A stretch of 63,008 bases of DNA, filler included. It is 4 parts of 4 records of this genome, joined end to end, with 100 filler letters (N's around TTAATTAATTAA, not from the genome) between each part and the next. Parts side by side here need not be neighbours in the genome. Positions count along the whole stretch, not along the records: positions 1 to 27,279 come from DRR723986_10345; 3 more parts are not named here. One strand, 5' to 3'. A program made the translations under genes and the position numbers. Under the pieces are notes generated by a model. That model ran no database searches. It was not told the DNA's origin and saw only the letters and a program-made list of their open reading frames with translations. The first letter of the stretch is position 1; every line of letters begins with the position of its first letter. Of this stretch, positions 1 through 10,140 are shown in pieces.

Positions 1-360
1 GAAGGGGAACAGCATCCGCGGGCATTCGATCAGCAGGAAGGGGTGCAGCTGCTCTTCCGGCACGTTCTCGATGTGGAAGACGCCGGCATACTCCAGCTCC
101 AGCACAAACAGGTGCGACCCGCTGTCCTTGGCCTTGGATTCCACCTTCAGCTTCATCACCACTTCGAACTGGTGATCGGCGGGGCGCTTCTTGGCGTCGA
201 GGTTGACCTGCACCTGCACGTCCGGCGTCACTTCGCCGCTGACACCCTTGGTCGAGAGAATGTTCTCGAAGGAAAGATCGCGAATGAATTGTGCGAGGAC
301 GTTCATCTTCGGCGGCTGCGCGGGCTGTTGGCCCATGTCCGCTCCGTTCGTTTCTGCCAT
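1..360 (-). CDS. secB: Protein-export chaperone SecB (3' end runs off the window)
   Basis: Manual translation of the minus strand from ATG 360: MAETNG...KMNVLAQFIRDLSFEN...LELEYAGVF...LLIECPRMLFPF, typical SecB motifs; fxsA neighbour. Confidence 0.95.
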   Translation of the reverse strand, partial: MAETNGADMGQQPAQPPKMNVLAQFIRDLSFENILSTKGVSGEVTPDVQVQVNLDAKKRPADHQFEVVMKLKVESKAKDSGSHLFVLELEYAGVFHIENVPEEQLHPFLLIECPRMLFPF

Positions 361-417
361 TGGTCTGGCCTCCCGTTTAAATCTTGGCCCTTCGCATAGC
401 AGGACGGGCCAGCGCGC

Positions 418-912
418 TCAATGCCTCGTCCAGCCAGAGCCGGGGTGATTGGGTTTCTTGTCGCGTCCAACCTCGGTGAACTCGCCCTCGATCACGTCGG
501 GCTGCACGGGGCGGTGGGGTTCAGACGGGGCGTGGCGGGGATCGGGGCCCATCTGGAAGGAAGTGACCTTTACCCGCGATTTCAGCCACTTGAACATGGC
601 GACCCGCACCGCCGGAACCAGCAGGGCAAAGCCCACGGCATCGGTGAAGAACCCCGGCGTCAGCAACAAGGCACCCGACAGCAGGATCATCGCGCCATGG
701 GCCAGGGGCTCTCCGGGATCTTCGAGCCGGTTGAAACTGGACCGCAGATTGTTCATCGCAAGACGGCCCTGCGCCTTGACCATCCATGTCCCGATGATCG
801 CCGTCACGACGACCACGGCCAGGGTCGGCCAAAGCCCGATCAGGCCGCCGACCTGAATGAACAGGGCGATCTCGATCAGCGGAACCAGCAGAAAGGCTGC
901 GAAAAGCCACAT
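418..912 (-). CDS. fxsA: FxsA family membrane protein
   Basis: VPLIEIALFIQVGGLIG, LLLTPGFFTDAVG and C-terminal VIEGEF motifs. Confidence 0.93.
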   Translation of the reverse strand: MWLFAAFLLVPLIEIALFIQVGGLIGLWPTLAVVVVTAIIGTWMVKAQGRLAMNNLRSSFNRLEDPGEPLAHGAMILLSGALLLTPGFFTDAVGFALLVPAVRVAMFKWLKSRVKVTSFQMGPDPRHAPSEPHRPVQPDVIEGEFTEVGRDKKPNHPGSGWTRH

Positions 913-941
913 GAGTGTGTCCTCCTAGTCGGGCTGCGCCG

Positions 942-995
942 GTGGACTCGCCCCGGTGCCTCACCTACATAGGATTGCAACAGACACGTTTCCAT
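942..995. promoter_or_regulatory. Putative bidirectional RpoH-type promoter between fxsA and the Tim44 gene
   Basis: + strand GTGGAC-N16-CCTACAT and - strand ATGGAA-N16-CCTATGT share the near-palindrome CCTACATAGG (964-973); resembles the alphaproteobacterial RpoH consensus CTTGAA-N15/16-CCTATAT. Confidence 0.45.
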
Positions 996-1016
996 GCACG
1001 CCGCCAAGAGGTGACG

Positions 1017-1676
1017 ATGAACTCCCCCATTCTCCAGCTGCTCGTTCTGGCCGGAATCGCCATATTCCTCGTGTTGCGCCTGCGCAGCGTCCTCGGCACG
1101 CGGGAGGGGTTCGAAAAACCTCCGGCGCCGGCACCGACCGACCAGCGCGGCAGCCGCGCCGGGTTCGAGGTGATCGAGGGCGGACCCGATCACGACATCG
1201 TGGACCATGTCCCCGAGGGCAGCGATGCTGCCGACGCGCTGGCCGCGATGAAGAAGGTGGAGCCGAGTTTCTCCGTTTCGGAATTCCTCTCCGGTGCGCG
1301 TGGCGCCTACGAGATGATCCTGATGGGCTTCGAGAACGGCAAGGTCTCCGATCTGAAGCCCTTCCTTGCGGATGACGTCTACGAGACCTTCGAAGAAGTG
1401 GTCGCCCAGCGGGAAGAGCAGGGCCTGTCCATCGAGGCGAACTTCATCGGCGTGCGCGAGCTGTCGCTGGCGGATGCCAGCTATGACGAGACCTCGGGCC
1501 TTGCCGAGATCACCGTGCGCTACGTGGCCGAGCTGACCTCTGTCGTGAAGAACGCCGAGGGCGAGGTGATCGAAGGGTCGGCTACCGCGGTCAAGAAACA
1601 GAAGGACGTCTGGACCTATGCCCGCACGATGGGCGCGTCCGACCCGAACTGGCAGCTTGTCGCCACGGACGAATGA
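1017..1676 (+). CDS. Tim44/TimA family adaptor protein
   Basis: N-terminal TM followed by LRSVLG, FLSGARGAYEMI, C-terminal DVWTYAR...NWQLVAT; GAGG precedes ATG 1017; conserved position between fxsA and mltA. Confidence 0.9.
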   Translation: MNSPILQLLVLAGIAIFLVLRLRSVLGTREGFEKPPAPAPTDQRGSRAGFEVIEGGPDHDIVDHVPEGSDAADALAAMKKVEPSFSVSEFLSGARGAYEMILMGFENGKVSDLKPFLADDVYETFEEVVAQREEQGLSIEANFIGVRELSLADASYDETSGLAEITVRYVAELTSVVKNAEGEVIEGSATAVKKQKDVWTYARTMGASDPNWQLVATDE

Positions 1677-2713
1677 CGCGGCTGATCCTTGCGCTTTTCC
1701 TTGGTCTTGCCGCCATGACAGGCCGGTCCGTCGCCGAGACGGAACCGGCCTACGCGGTTCTGGATTTCAAGGACCTGAACGGTTGGGCCGAGGATGACCA
1801 CGGTGCGGCGCTGGAGGTGTTTCGCAACACCTGCCGCGATTTCGACGACCCCGACTGGCGCGCGCTCTGCGATTTCGCCGAGACCACGCAGGACGCGAAG
1901 GGGTTCTTCGAGCTGCTCTTCCGCCCGGTGATGATCACCGACGGCAAGGACGGGCTGTTCACCGGCTATTTCGAGCCCGAGTTGCGCGGCTCCCCGTTCG
2001 AGACGACGACCTTCCGCTTTCCCATCTACGCAATGCCGCCCGAGGCCGCCGAGATCCGCCCCTGGTTGACCCGGCGCGAGATCCTGACCTCTGGCGTGAT
2101 GCAGGGCAGGGGGCTGGAAATCGCTTGGGTCGACGACCCGGTGGAGCTTTTCTTTCTGCAGATTCAAGGCTCTGGCCGTGTCCGCTTTCCCGACGGGCGG
2201 GTGATTCGCGTGGGCTATGGCGGCTTCAACGGGCATCCCTACCGCTCCATCGGCAAAGAGATGGTGCGGCGGGGCATCTACGAGGCGCATCAGGTCTCGG
2301 CGCAGGTGATCCGGAATTGGGTGCGGCGCAACCCGGGGATCGGCGAGGAACTTCTGTATCACAACGACTCTTACGTCTTCTTTCGCGAGGTGAGCGAGGT
2401 GCCGGCGGATCGCGGGCCGCTGGGCGCGATGAACCGGTCGATCACCCAGATGCGCTCGATCGCGGTCGATCCGGCCTTTACGCCGCTGGGCGCGCCGGTC
2501 TGGATCGAGAAGGCGGGCGCCAAGCCTCTGAACCGGTTGATGATCGCGCAGGACACCGGGTCGGCGATCAAGGGCGCGCAGCGGGCGGATATCTTCTTTG
2601 GCACCGGGGCCCGGGCGGGCGCCGCCGCCGGAGAGGTCAAGGACCCGGGGCGGATGGTTGTCCTGCTGCCGATCCAGCGTGCCTACGCGCTTTTGCCGGA
2701 AGCGGTGCAATGA
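1673..2713 (+). CDS. mltA: Lytic murein transglycosylase MltA family
   Basis: FTGYFEPEL, FFLQIQGSGRV and 3D-domain AQDTGSAIKGAQRADIFFG. Confidence 0.93.
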   Translation: MTRLILALFLGLAAMTGRSVAETEPAYAVLDFKDLNGWAEDDHGAALEVFRNTCRDFDDPDWRALCDFAETTQDAKGFFELLFRPVMITDGKDGLFTGYFEPELRGSPFETTTFRFPIYAMPPEAAEIRPWLTRREILTSGVMQGRGLEIAWVDDPVELFFLQIQGSGRVRFPDGRVIRVGYGGFNGHPYRSIGKEMVRRGIYEAHQVSAQVIRNWVRRNPGIGEELLYHNDSYVFFREVSEVPADRGPLGAMNRSITQMRSIAVDPAFTPLGAPVWIEKAGAKPLNRLMIAQDTGSAIKGAQRADIFFGTGARAGAAAGEVKDPGRMVVLLPIQRAYALLPEAVQ

Positions 2714-3312
2714 GCCGCCGCCGTTTGCGGCCGGATGAGCTGGATCTCTGGCAGCGGGTGGCGCGGCAGACAGAGGCGCTGCCGGGACGATCCAAGACGA
2801 CTCCCGTGCAGGAACCGCCCAAGGCGCCGAACCGGCCGGTTCGCCCGCCCGAAACGGACGGTTTGCCGGCGCCGCAACCGTTCCGGATGGGCGAAAAGGC
2901 AATGCCGCGCACCCAGACGCATGACTTTCACAAGACCACCTCGGAACGGCTGAAGACCGACGGCCTCAACATGGACGCCCGCGCCTTCACCCGGCTGCGG
3001 CGCGGTCGGCTGGAGCCGGAGGCGCGGATCGACCTGCACGGCATGACGCTGGATCAGGCGCACCCCGAGCTGTCGCGCTTCATCCTTATGTCGCAGACAC
3101 GGGGCTTGCGGCTGGTGCTGGTCATCACCGGCAAGGGTCTGCGCGAGGACCCCTACGACCCGATGCCCCGCCGCCGGGGTGTTCTGAAGACGCAGGTGCC
3201 GATGTGGCTGAAGATGGCCCCGGTGGCGCAGGCGGTGCTTCAGGTCTCTGAGGCGCACCGCAAGCACGGCGGCAGCGGCGCCTATTACGTCTACCTCAGG
3301 CGGCGGCGGTAA
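2710..3312 (+). CDS. Smr/MutS2 domain protein
   Basis: IDLHGMT, LVITGKG and HGGSGAYYVYLRR motifs; ATGA overlap with mltA. Confidence 0.92.
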   Translation: MSRRRLRPDELDLWQRVARQTEALPGRSKTTPVQEPPKAPNRPVRPPETDGLPAPQPFRMGEKAMPRTQTHDFHKTTSERLKTDGLNMDARAFTRLRRGRLEPEARIDLHGMTLDQAHPELSRFILMSQTRGLRLVLVITGKGLREDPYDPMPRRRGVLKTQVPMWLKMAPVAQAVLQVSEAHRKHGGSGAYYVYLRRRR

Positions 3313-4513
3313 GCAGGCCGCGCGCCCGTCCGACGCCGATGACCATCATCACCGTTGCGAAGGCAAAGTAGACGGCCACGCCGAGGTATTGCGTCTCTAT
3401 GCCGATGCCCGCGTCGATCAGGACCCCGGTGATCCCCGGACCCAGCGCCGTGCCAAGCACCATGACCGCCGCCGCCATCGCCTTGATCGAGCCCATGCGC
3501 CGCGTGCCGTAGAACTCTGCCCAGAAGGCATTGGGCAGGGTGTTGTTGCAGCCCGTCGTCAGCGCCATGCTCATCATGCCCACAAGCGCCCAGCCGGGCG
3601 TGGGGCTGAGGGCGTAGACCGTGAAGGCCACCACCATCGGAAGCTGGTACCACGGGATCAGGCGCGGCGTGCCGAGCCGGTCCAGAAGCCAGCCCGAGAG
3701 GGTCATCGCGGCGACCACGACCGCCGTGTAGATCGGGAAGAGCGCCACCAGTTCCAGATGCGACCAGCCCTTCACCTCGGCGAAGTGGACCTGCTGAAAG
3801 AAGAAGGCGGTGCTGAAGGCGGGCGGGCCCAGAAGGGCAGGGACCATGAACCAGAACAGCCAGTGCCGCAGAACCTCTGCGCGGGTCCAGTGCCGCCCCT
3901 GCATCCCGACGGAGTGATCGGTTTCGGCGTGGCTTTGCGGGGTGCGTTCCTGCATCAGCAGCGAGACGAGCAGCGGGACGGCCAGAAGGCAGACCGCCAC
4001 CGGCATCAGCCAGAGCACCCGCCAGTCCACCGTCAGCAACAGCGTCACGAAGGTCAGCGGCAAGAGCGCCTCGCCCAGTGCGATCCCAAGGCCCGCCACC
4101 GACAGCGCCTTGCCGCGCGAGGCGACGAACCAGCGCGACATGGACACGATGGCGATGTGGCTGGTCATGCCCTGACCGCAGAAGCGCAGCGCGAAGATCA
4201 CCACCGACAGCAGGCCCGCGTAGGGGTTCCACGCCATCATCAGGCAAGAGGCCGCCAGAAGCGCCAGCACCAGACCGCCCAACACCCGGGTGCGGAAGTG
4301 GTCCGTAAGGCCCCCGGCCCAGACCATCGCCAGCGCCGAGGCGCTTGTGCCCAGCGTGTAGATCCCGCCCCATTGCCCGTGACTGAGCGAGAAGGTCTCG
4401 CGGATTTCGCCCGCGAAGACAGAGATGAAGAAGGTCTGTCCGAAGCTGGACAGGAAGGACAGAAGCACACCGACGGACAGCCAGCGAAAGTTCTGGACGA
4501 AGAAACGGATCAT
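3296..4513 (-). CDS. MFS transporter
   Basis: About 12 hydrophobic segments; SSFGQTFFISVF, GWLLDRLG, WAEFYGTRRMGSIK; start chosen at ATG 4513. Confidence 0.88.
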   Translation of the reverse strand: MIRFFVQNFRWLSVGVLLSFLSSFGQTFFISVFAGEIRETFSLSHGQWGGIYTLGTSASALAMVWAGGLTDHFRTRVLGGLVLALLAASCLMMAWNPYAGLLSVVIFALRFCGQGMTSHIAIVSMSRWFVASRGKALSVAGLGIALGEALLPLTFVTLLLTVDWRVLWLMPVAVCLLAVPLLVSLLMQERTPQSHAETDHSVGMQGRHWTRAEVLRHWLFWFMVPALLGPPAFSTAFFFQQVHFAEVKGWSHLELVALFPIYTAVVVAAMTLSGWLLDRLGTPRLIPWYQLPMVVAFTVYALSPTPGWALVGMMSMALTTGCNNTLPNAFWAEFYGTRRMGSIKAMAAAVMVLGTALGPGITGVLIDAGIGIETQYLGVAVYFAFATVMMVIGVGRARGLLTAAA

Positions 4514-4609
4514 TCCGGGGTACGCCTGACGGTCCGACAGCGATTGCGCTCTCTCGGGCGCGACACCATCACGCCCGGGCGGCAGTTGCAATCGGCTTTG
4601 GACCGGGTG

Positions 4610-5731
4610 TCAGTTCGTGACCGAAACCGCCTGAGAGCCGACGCCGAAGACCGATCCGATCAGCCCGAGGATGGTGCGCGCGTTGGTCACCGGGCTTTCG
4701 GTGGCCAGCACGGTGTCGCCCGGCTGGATGTGGAACTGCCGCGCCGCGAACAGGCCGTCGGCGCTGGTCAGGTCGAAGGTGAAGACCACCTGCTGCATCC
4801 CCGGGCCCCGCCCGTCGGCGCGGATGTGGCGCGCCGCATACTCGCGCAGCACCAGAACGCCCTCGGGGTCGGCGCGGCTGTCGTTGATGCCGCCCATCAG
4901 CGAGACCGCCTCAAGCGCGGTGACGTGATCCTTGGGGAAGTATACGATGTCCTCGACCCCCGAGGCGCCCAATGCGGTGAAGCTGCGGTCGTCTTCCTCG
5001 ACCACCACGGTGTCGCGCGGATGCAGCAACGCATTGCGAGAGCCGTCGCGGAACAGAACGGCAGAGGAGATCTCGTAGGTCTCGCCGCCGCGGATCAGCC
5101 GCACCTGCGGATTGCGCAGGCCTTGCGGGATGCCTCCGGCGTCGGCGAGGACGTTGAGGATCTTGTAGTTGCGCGAGGGCATCGGGAAGGCGCCGGGCTT
5201 GGCCACGCCGCCCACCACATCGACCGTGTGGTCGCGGCCCTGCTGCAGGCTGACCTGCACCTGAGCGGCGGGCACGATGGGTTCGAGCCGGGACTGGATC
5301 TTGGCCCGCGCGCCCGAAGGCGTCAGCCCGCGCACGCCGACCTTGTTGGCATAGGGCAGGAAGATGGAGCCGTCGCCATCGACCTCGACCCCTTCGATCT
5401 GGGTGAAGCGCTGGCCGGGATTGGTGATGAGCGAGTTTTCGGAACTGTCCCAGATGGTCACGTCCAGCCGGTCGCCGGTGCGGATCACCGAGGACGTGCT
5501 GCCGCTGGAGGTCCCGGGCCAGTGGTAATGCCCGTTCCAGCCCGTGGCGGGCCAGCTTTCGATGGCGGGAATGTTGGCGCGGGTCACGGGGACGACCTGA
5601 AAGGTCGGCGTCTCGGCGTTCTTTTCCTTGAGAACTTCGGATTGCAGGGCGGCGCCACGCGGAAGGCTGCAGGCGGTCAAGAGCAAGGCTGCGCCCAGAA
5701 GGGCCAGTACGGTCCGTCGTCTTTGTTCCAA
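4610..5731 (-). CDS. wza: Polysaccharide export lipoprotein (Wza/OPX family)
   Basis: Lipobox LLTAC, IRTGDRLDVTIW, VDGDGSIFLPY poly_export motif, SLBB-like segments. Confidence 0.87.
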   Translation of the reverse strand: MEQRRRTVLALLGAALLLTACSLPRGAALQSEVLKEKNAETPTFQVVPVTRANIPAIESWPATGWNGHYHWPGTSSGSTSSVIRTGDRLDVTIWDSSENSLITNPGQRFTQIEGVEVDGDGSIFLPYANKVGVRGLTPSGARAKIQSRLEPIVPAAQVQVSLQQGRDHTVDVVGGVAKPGAFPMPSRNYKILNVLADAGGIPQGLRNPQVRLIRGGETYEISSAVLFRDGSRNALLHPRDTVVVEEDDRSFTALGASGVEDIVYFPKDHVTALEAVSLMGGINDSRADPEGVLVLREYAARHIRADGRGPGMQQVVFTFDLTSADGLFAARQFHIQPGDTVLATESPVTNARTILGLIGSVFGVGSQAVSVTN

Positions 5732-5823
5732 TCCGCCCCCCCGGGTTCGGTGCCCTTGCGTCTTTTTAGTCGTTGTCTACGCTGATAAACAGTCCGGCAG
5801 GACTTGGGAAGAGGATTGAGGCC

Positions 5824-6684
5824 GTGACCGTGGCAGACAGACCGCAACCGACGCTGCTGCTTCTGGGGGCAACCGGCAAGCTGGGCCGTGCGCTCAGGGC
5901 CTGCTGGGCGGCGGAACCGCCCCGTGGGCTTGGCGTGGCGGGGCTGGCGCGTCGGCGGAATTCTACCGATCTGCCGGTCTGGGTGCCGGGGGGGCCGCTG
6001 CCCGCGACGGGCCCGGTCCGGGCGGTTGTCGCCGCCTGGGGGGTGACATCCGGCACGCGCGAAGAGATGGACGCGAATGTCGTTCTGGCCCGCGCCGCTC
6101 TGGATCTGGCCCGCGAGGTCGGCGCGGACCGCGTGCTGCATTTCTCTTCGGCGGCGGTCTATGGCCGCAAGGAGGGTCCGCACCGCGAAACCGATGCGCC
6201 CGATCCGCAGGGGCCCTATGGCGCGAGCAAGCTGCGCATGGAAGAGGCCGTGGACGACTGGCACGAGACCTTCGGCGAGGGGCCGCGCTCCGTCATCCTG
6301 AGGATCGGCAACGTCGCGGGTGCGGACATGCTGTTCGGCAACCTCCGGGCGGGGCAGGGGGTGACGCTGCACCGGCTGCCGGACGGGACCGCGCCGCGGC
6401 GCAGCTACATCGCGCCGACCGATCTGGCGCGGGTGGTCGAGGCGCTGTCGCAGGTGCCGGACCCGATGCGGCTTTACAACGTCGCGGCGCCCGGGGTCAC
6501 CGCCATGGACGCCATCGCCGAGGCGGCGGGCGCAGAGATCCGCTGGCAGGACGCGCCAGCGACGGCCCTGCCGGAGGTCCGGCTCGACACCGCGCGGCTG
6601 GGTGCCGTCCTCGCGCTGGGCGAAGAGGCGGCGCTGCCGTCGCATCTTGTCGATGGCGCGCGCAAGGCGGGTCTCTGGCCGTGA
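5824..6684 (+). CDS. NAD-dependent epimerase/dehydratase family protein
   Basis: LLGATGKLG Rossmann motif, FSSAAVYG, YGASK catalytic motif, LRIGNVAG; start uncertain (5773-5830). Confidence 0.85.
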   Translation: MTVADRPQPTLLLLGATGKLGRALRACWAAEPPRGLGVAGLARRRNSTDLPVWVPGGPLPATGPVRAVVAAWGVTSGTREEMDANVVLARAALDLAREVGADRVLHFSSAAVYGRKEGPHRETDAPDPQGPYGASKLRMEEAVDDWHETFGEGPRSVILRIGNVAGADMLFGNLRAGQGVTLHRLPDGTAPRRSYIAPTDLARVVEALSQVPDPMRLYNVAAPGVTAMDAIAEAAGAEIRWQDAPATALPEVRLDTARLGAVLALGEEAALPSHLVDGARKAGLWP

Positions 6685-7313
6685 AGCGGGGGGTGCTGCG
6701 GGGTCTGGATTTTCTCTATGCCCTTGGTTTGGCTATACTTCTCGCGCCGCTGATGCTGTATGTGGCGTGGCGTGTCTGGCGCGAGGACGGGCGTCCGATC
6801 CTGTATCGGTCAGAGCGGATGCACGCCCCCGGTCGGTCCTTCCAGCTGTGGAAGTTCCGCACCATGACGGTGGTCGATGTGGACGGCGGTGTCTCCGGCG
6901 GCGACAAGGCGGCGCGGATCACACCCGTCGGCCATTGGCTGCGCGCCAAACGGCTGGACGAGCTGCCGCAGCTGTGGAACGTGCTGCGCGGCGATCTGGG
7001 CTTCGTCGGGCCGCGGGCGCCGCTGCGGCGCTACGTCGAGATGTACCCGGAGCTTTACGCCGAGGTTCTGAAGGACCGGCCCGGCATCACCGGCATGGCC
7101 TCCATGGCGTTCCATCGCACGGAAGAGCGCCTGCTGGCGCGCACCTCGACGCCCGAAGAGACAGAGGCCGTCTATTGCGCGCGTTGCATCCCCCGCAAGG
7201 CGCGGCTGGATCTGCTTTATGCGAAACGGCGCAATCCCTGCACGGACATGCGGCTGATGTTCGCCACGGTGTTCCGGGGCGTCTCCATGCACGACAGGCG
7301 GCGAAAGCCTTAG
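6681..7313 (+). CDS. Small phosphoglycosyl (sugar) transferase, Bac_transf/PglC-like
   Basis: KFRTM, RITPVG.WLR..RLDELPQLWNVLRGD..FVGPR, RPGITG. Confidence 0.92.
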   Translation: MKRGVLRGLDFLYALGLAILLAPLMLYVAWRVWREDGRPILYRSERMHAPGRSFQLWKFRTMTVVDVDGGVSGGDKAARITPVGHWLRAKRLDELPQLWNVLRGDLGFVGPRAPLRRYVEMYPELYAEVLKDRPGITGMASMAFHRTEERLLARTSTPEETEAVYCARCIPRKARLDLLYAKRRNPCTDMRLMFATVFRGVSMHDRRRKP

Positions 7314-7987
7314 CGGCGCAACGCCTGCGTGGTCATGTAGCCGGTGAAACCGCCCATGTATTGCCGCGCGCTCAGCACATAGCCGTCGGAGGCGACGACA
7401 TAGGTGTTCGAGAAGCTGTGAACCGCCTCGGCGCTGGTGCAATCGGCGGTCACCACGGTGCCGGTGGTCTGGATCATGCCGCCCTGAACCGCACGCGGAC
7501 CGCCGGGAGAGACCTGACAGACGTAGCGGGCGACGACGGTCACGTCCTCGGGCGTGAGGTAGCGAAGATCATAGGGGACGGTTGCCGCGCGCCGACCGGC
7601 GACGGCGGACAGCAGCGCATCGACCTCGGAGGACATCACGTCGCCGCCAAAACCCCGGGTCGAGGTCATCATGCCGCCGCGCATGTTCACCACCTGCCGC
7701 GTCGAGGAGCCGTAGGTCCGGTAGGGACCGTTGGTCTCGATCTGCTGCATGAGGAACTGCACCTTGCGGCCTTCGATCTCGTACATCTGCACCGGCGCGG
7801 CGGTCACGGAGAGCGCCTGCGCGATCTGCTGCGGCGAGAGCGGCTCCGGTGCGGGCTGCTTCCGGAAAAGAGCCGGGATCTGCTTGATGATTGCACTGCG
7901 GTCGTTCGGGCCGTTGCCGCAGGCCGCAAGGATCAGCCCCGCGGCCAGCAGGGCAAGGCCGGTGCGCATCGTCTTGACTGCGGTCAT
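7310..7987 (-). CDS. YjbF/GfcB family lipoprotein
   Basis: Lipobox ILAAC; STRGFGGDVMSS motif; overlaps the end of the yjbH-like gene by 4 nt. Confidence 0.8.
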   Translation of the reverse strand: MTAVKTMRTGLALLAAGLILAACGNGPNDRSAIIKQIPALFRKQPAPEPLSPQQIAQALSVTAAPVQMYEIEGRKVQFLMQQIETNGPYRTYGSSTRQVVNMRGGMMTSTRGFGGDVMSSEVDALLSAVAGRRAATVPYDLRYLTPEDVTVVARYVCQVSPGGPRAVQGGMIQTTGTVVTADCTSAEAVHSFSNTYVVASDGYVLSARQYMGGFTGYMTTQALRR

Positions 7988-10140
7988 CTCCAGAACCTTC
8001 CCCAGGATTTCGCCGCGTCGGGGCGGTGGTAGTCGCGCACCTGCTCGTAGAGGCGCCCGTTCACGTCCAGCCGCGCGCCGCCGTCGCGGGTCAACGACTG
8101 GATCACGATGTCGTTGCGGTCGCGGGTCGGCGTGCCGAGGAACGAGGCAAGCGGAATGGTGAAGCGCAGGCCCTTGTCGAAGGACCCCTCGCCGAAGTCG
8201 TCGAAGGAGGCGTTGGTGAAGGTCGCATAGGCCCCCACGCTCCAGCCGTTGGCGAATTCGCGGTCGACGGAGACGGTGGCGCCGTAGTCGCCCGCAAGGA
8301 AGCGGCCTGCGTCGATCTGCCCGTGAAAGCCGTTGCCGAAGGCGTAATAGGCCGAGAGATGGCCGTTCACGTCGGGAATCTCGCGCTCTGCGCCGCTTTC
8401 GGGATCGACGGTGGTCATCGACTGGAATTCGAACAGTTGATCGTAGGCGCGGCGCTGGATGTAGTTGATCTCTGCCCCGAGGGCGAGACGGCTGCCGACC
8501 GGCTTCCACAGCACCTCTGCCGAGGCGCCGCCGTACATTGGTTCGAGGTAGCCGAGGGTCAGGCGGGAATAGACGTCCTTGGCCGGGCGACCGTACATCG
8601 CCAGCGTCAGGTATTCGATCGCCGGGTCGCCCTCTTTCGAGTACTGGGCGCGGTCGGTGCGCACGCGCGGCAGCTTGGATTCATCGGCCCGGGTGATCTG
8701 GTCGAGATTGCCCGCCAGTTTCTTCGTGACGGAGCCCGAGAGGATCACGTTGGGCGTGATCTCGACCTTGCCGGCGGCGCGGATGCCGGTGTCGATCCGA
8801 ACCGGGTTGTCGGGGTCGAAGACCGAAAGCTGGCCATAGGGCGCGATGGACCACGTGAACTTGGGATAGGTGCCGGCGGCCGGTGCGGGCGCGCGTCCGT
8901 AGGCGTCGATTATGCTGGTGCGGGCCAGCATCTCTGACGCGGCCTCATGCTCCAGCGCCTCGAGATCGGAGCGGCGCATGACCACGGCGGACATGGGCAT
9001 CCCGTTGACGACGGGGATGATCTCGAAGGTCTCGACGGAAGCCGGAAGCGAGCGCGTCATGGCGCGGGCGACCCGTCCGATGGCCTGCGCGGGCGCGCCG
9101 AAGCGCGGGTTCAGAATGCGCACCGTCGCGCGGTCCTGCTCCAGCCGCAGCCCTTCGACGATGATGCCGTCCTTGGCCGCCAGTTCGGCCAGAGAGCTGC
9201 GCGTCCGGTCTTCGCTGGCCGGATCCGTCGTCCAGCCAAGGTCGCGATGGGCGCCGGGGGCACGGACCTGAACCGGCAGGCCCGCGGTTTCGATGCCACC
9301 GGGGATGCCCTGCGTCTTGGGGTTGGTGAAGAAGGTGAAGGACGCGCCGACTTCGGAGCCGAGCACGTGATAGAGCGACATCTGCGCGCCGTTCTCGAAC
9401 CGGTAGTCCAGGCCGAAGTTGAGTTCGCTCTTGGGGTCGTAGACGCCGCGGCCCTGTTCGGGCACGTAGCTGTCCGAAGAATATTCGACCTTGAAGTTCA
9501 GGCTGTCGTTGGGCGCGTAGGACAGACCGGCGAAGCCCGAGATATCCCCGCGGAAGAAGCGGTCGTAGCTGGGCACACCCCCTTGGGCGAGCGTCGCGCG
9601 CGGGCGCGATCCAAAGCCGTCGTCGAGCTTGTTGGTCCCCGCCAGACGGCCCCAGCCAAGGCCGCCGGTGACCTTGAGGCCGGGCGACAGGGTCTTCGTC
9701 GCCACGAGGTACTCGCCGCTGTAGAGCCCGGTGCCGATGAAGTCCTGAAGGCCCAGAACCAGCGAGGGTCGATACCGGCCTTCGGTCAGGATCTGGTACC
9801 GCAGATCGAAGCTGCGATCGTAGCGGGTTTCGTTCGACAGATGCGTGTCGAAGTTCGGGATCGAGCTGTAGCGAAAGCTGCCGGAGAGGCGCGGCAGGAT
9901 CTGGAAGTAGAGCGAGGTCCGGGTGGTGCCGCCCATGTAGGCGAAGGTCCCGGCGATGGTCGCATCGGGCAGGACCTCGGCCGTCGGCATGTCGATCAGG
10001 CCGGGGCTGCCGTAGAGGTTCAGGCCGGCGCGGTCGCGCGCATTGTCGGCGACCGTGGGCGCCGCCGCGAGGACGGACAGACCGGCCAGCATGGCAAGAC
10101 GCGACACGACACCTGATTTCCCGCGGCGAAAACCCGGCAT
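7984..10140 (-). CDS. yjbH: YjbH/GfcD family outer-membrane exopolysaccharide protein
   Basis: YGSPGLIDMPTAE, YDRSFDLRY, GLQDFIGTGLYSGEY, GRFLAGDYGAT, FGEGSFDKG. Confidence 0.9.
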   Translation of the reverse strand: MPGFRRGKSGVVSRLAMLAGLSVLAAAPTVADNARDRAGLNLYGSPGLIDMPTAEVLPDATIAGTFAYMGGTTRTSLYFQILPRLSGSFRYSSIPNFDTHLSNETRYDRSFDLRYQILTEGRYRPSLVLGLQDFIGTGLYSGEYLVATKTLSPGLKVTGGLGWGRLAGTNKLDDGFGSRPRATLAQGGVPSYDRFFRGDISGFAGLSYAPNDSLNFKVEYSSDSYVPEQGRGVYDPKSELNFGLDYRFENGAQMSLYHVLGSEVGASFTFFTNPKTQGIPGGIETAGLPVQVRAPGAHRDLGWTTDPASEDRTRSSLAELAAKDGIIVEGLRLEQDRATVRILNPRFGAPAQAIGRVARAMTRSLPASVETFEIIPVVNGMPMSAVVMRRSDLEALEHEAASEMLARTSIIDAYGRAPAPAAGTYPKFTWSIAPYGQLSVFDPDNPVRIDTGIRAAGKVEITPNVILSGSVTKKLAGNLDQITRADESKLPRVRTDRAQYSKEGDPAIEYLTLAMYGRPAKDVYSRLTLGYLEPMYGGASAEVLWKPVGSRLALGAEINYIQRRAYDQLFEFQSMTTVDPESGAEREIPDVNGHLSAYYAFGNGFHGQIDAGRFLAGDYGATVSVDREFANGWSVGAYATFTNASFDDFGEGSFDKGLRFTIPLASFLGTPTRDRNDIVIQSLTRDGGARLDVNGRLYEQVRDYHRPDAAKSWGRFWR

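Noticed and set aside
3389-5785. 798-aa plus-strand ORF
   Set aside because: Antisense shadow of the MFS and wza genes; long stop-free antisense frames are expected in high-GC coding DNA, and the translation has no recognisable motifs
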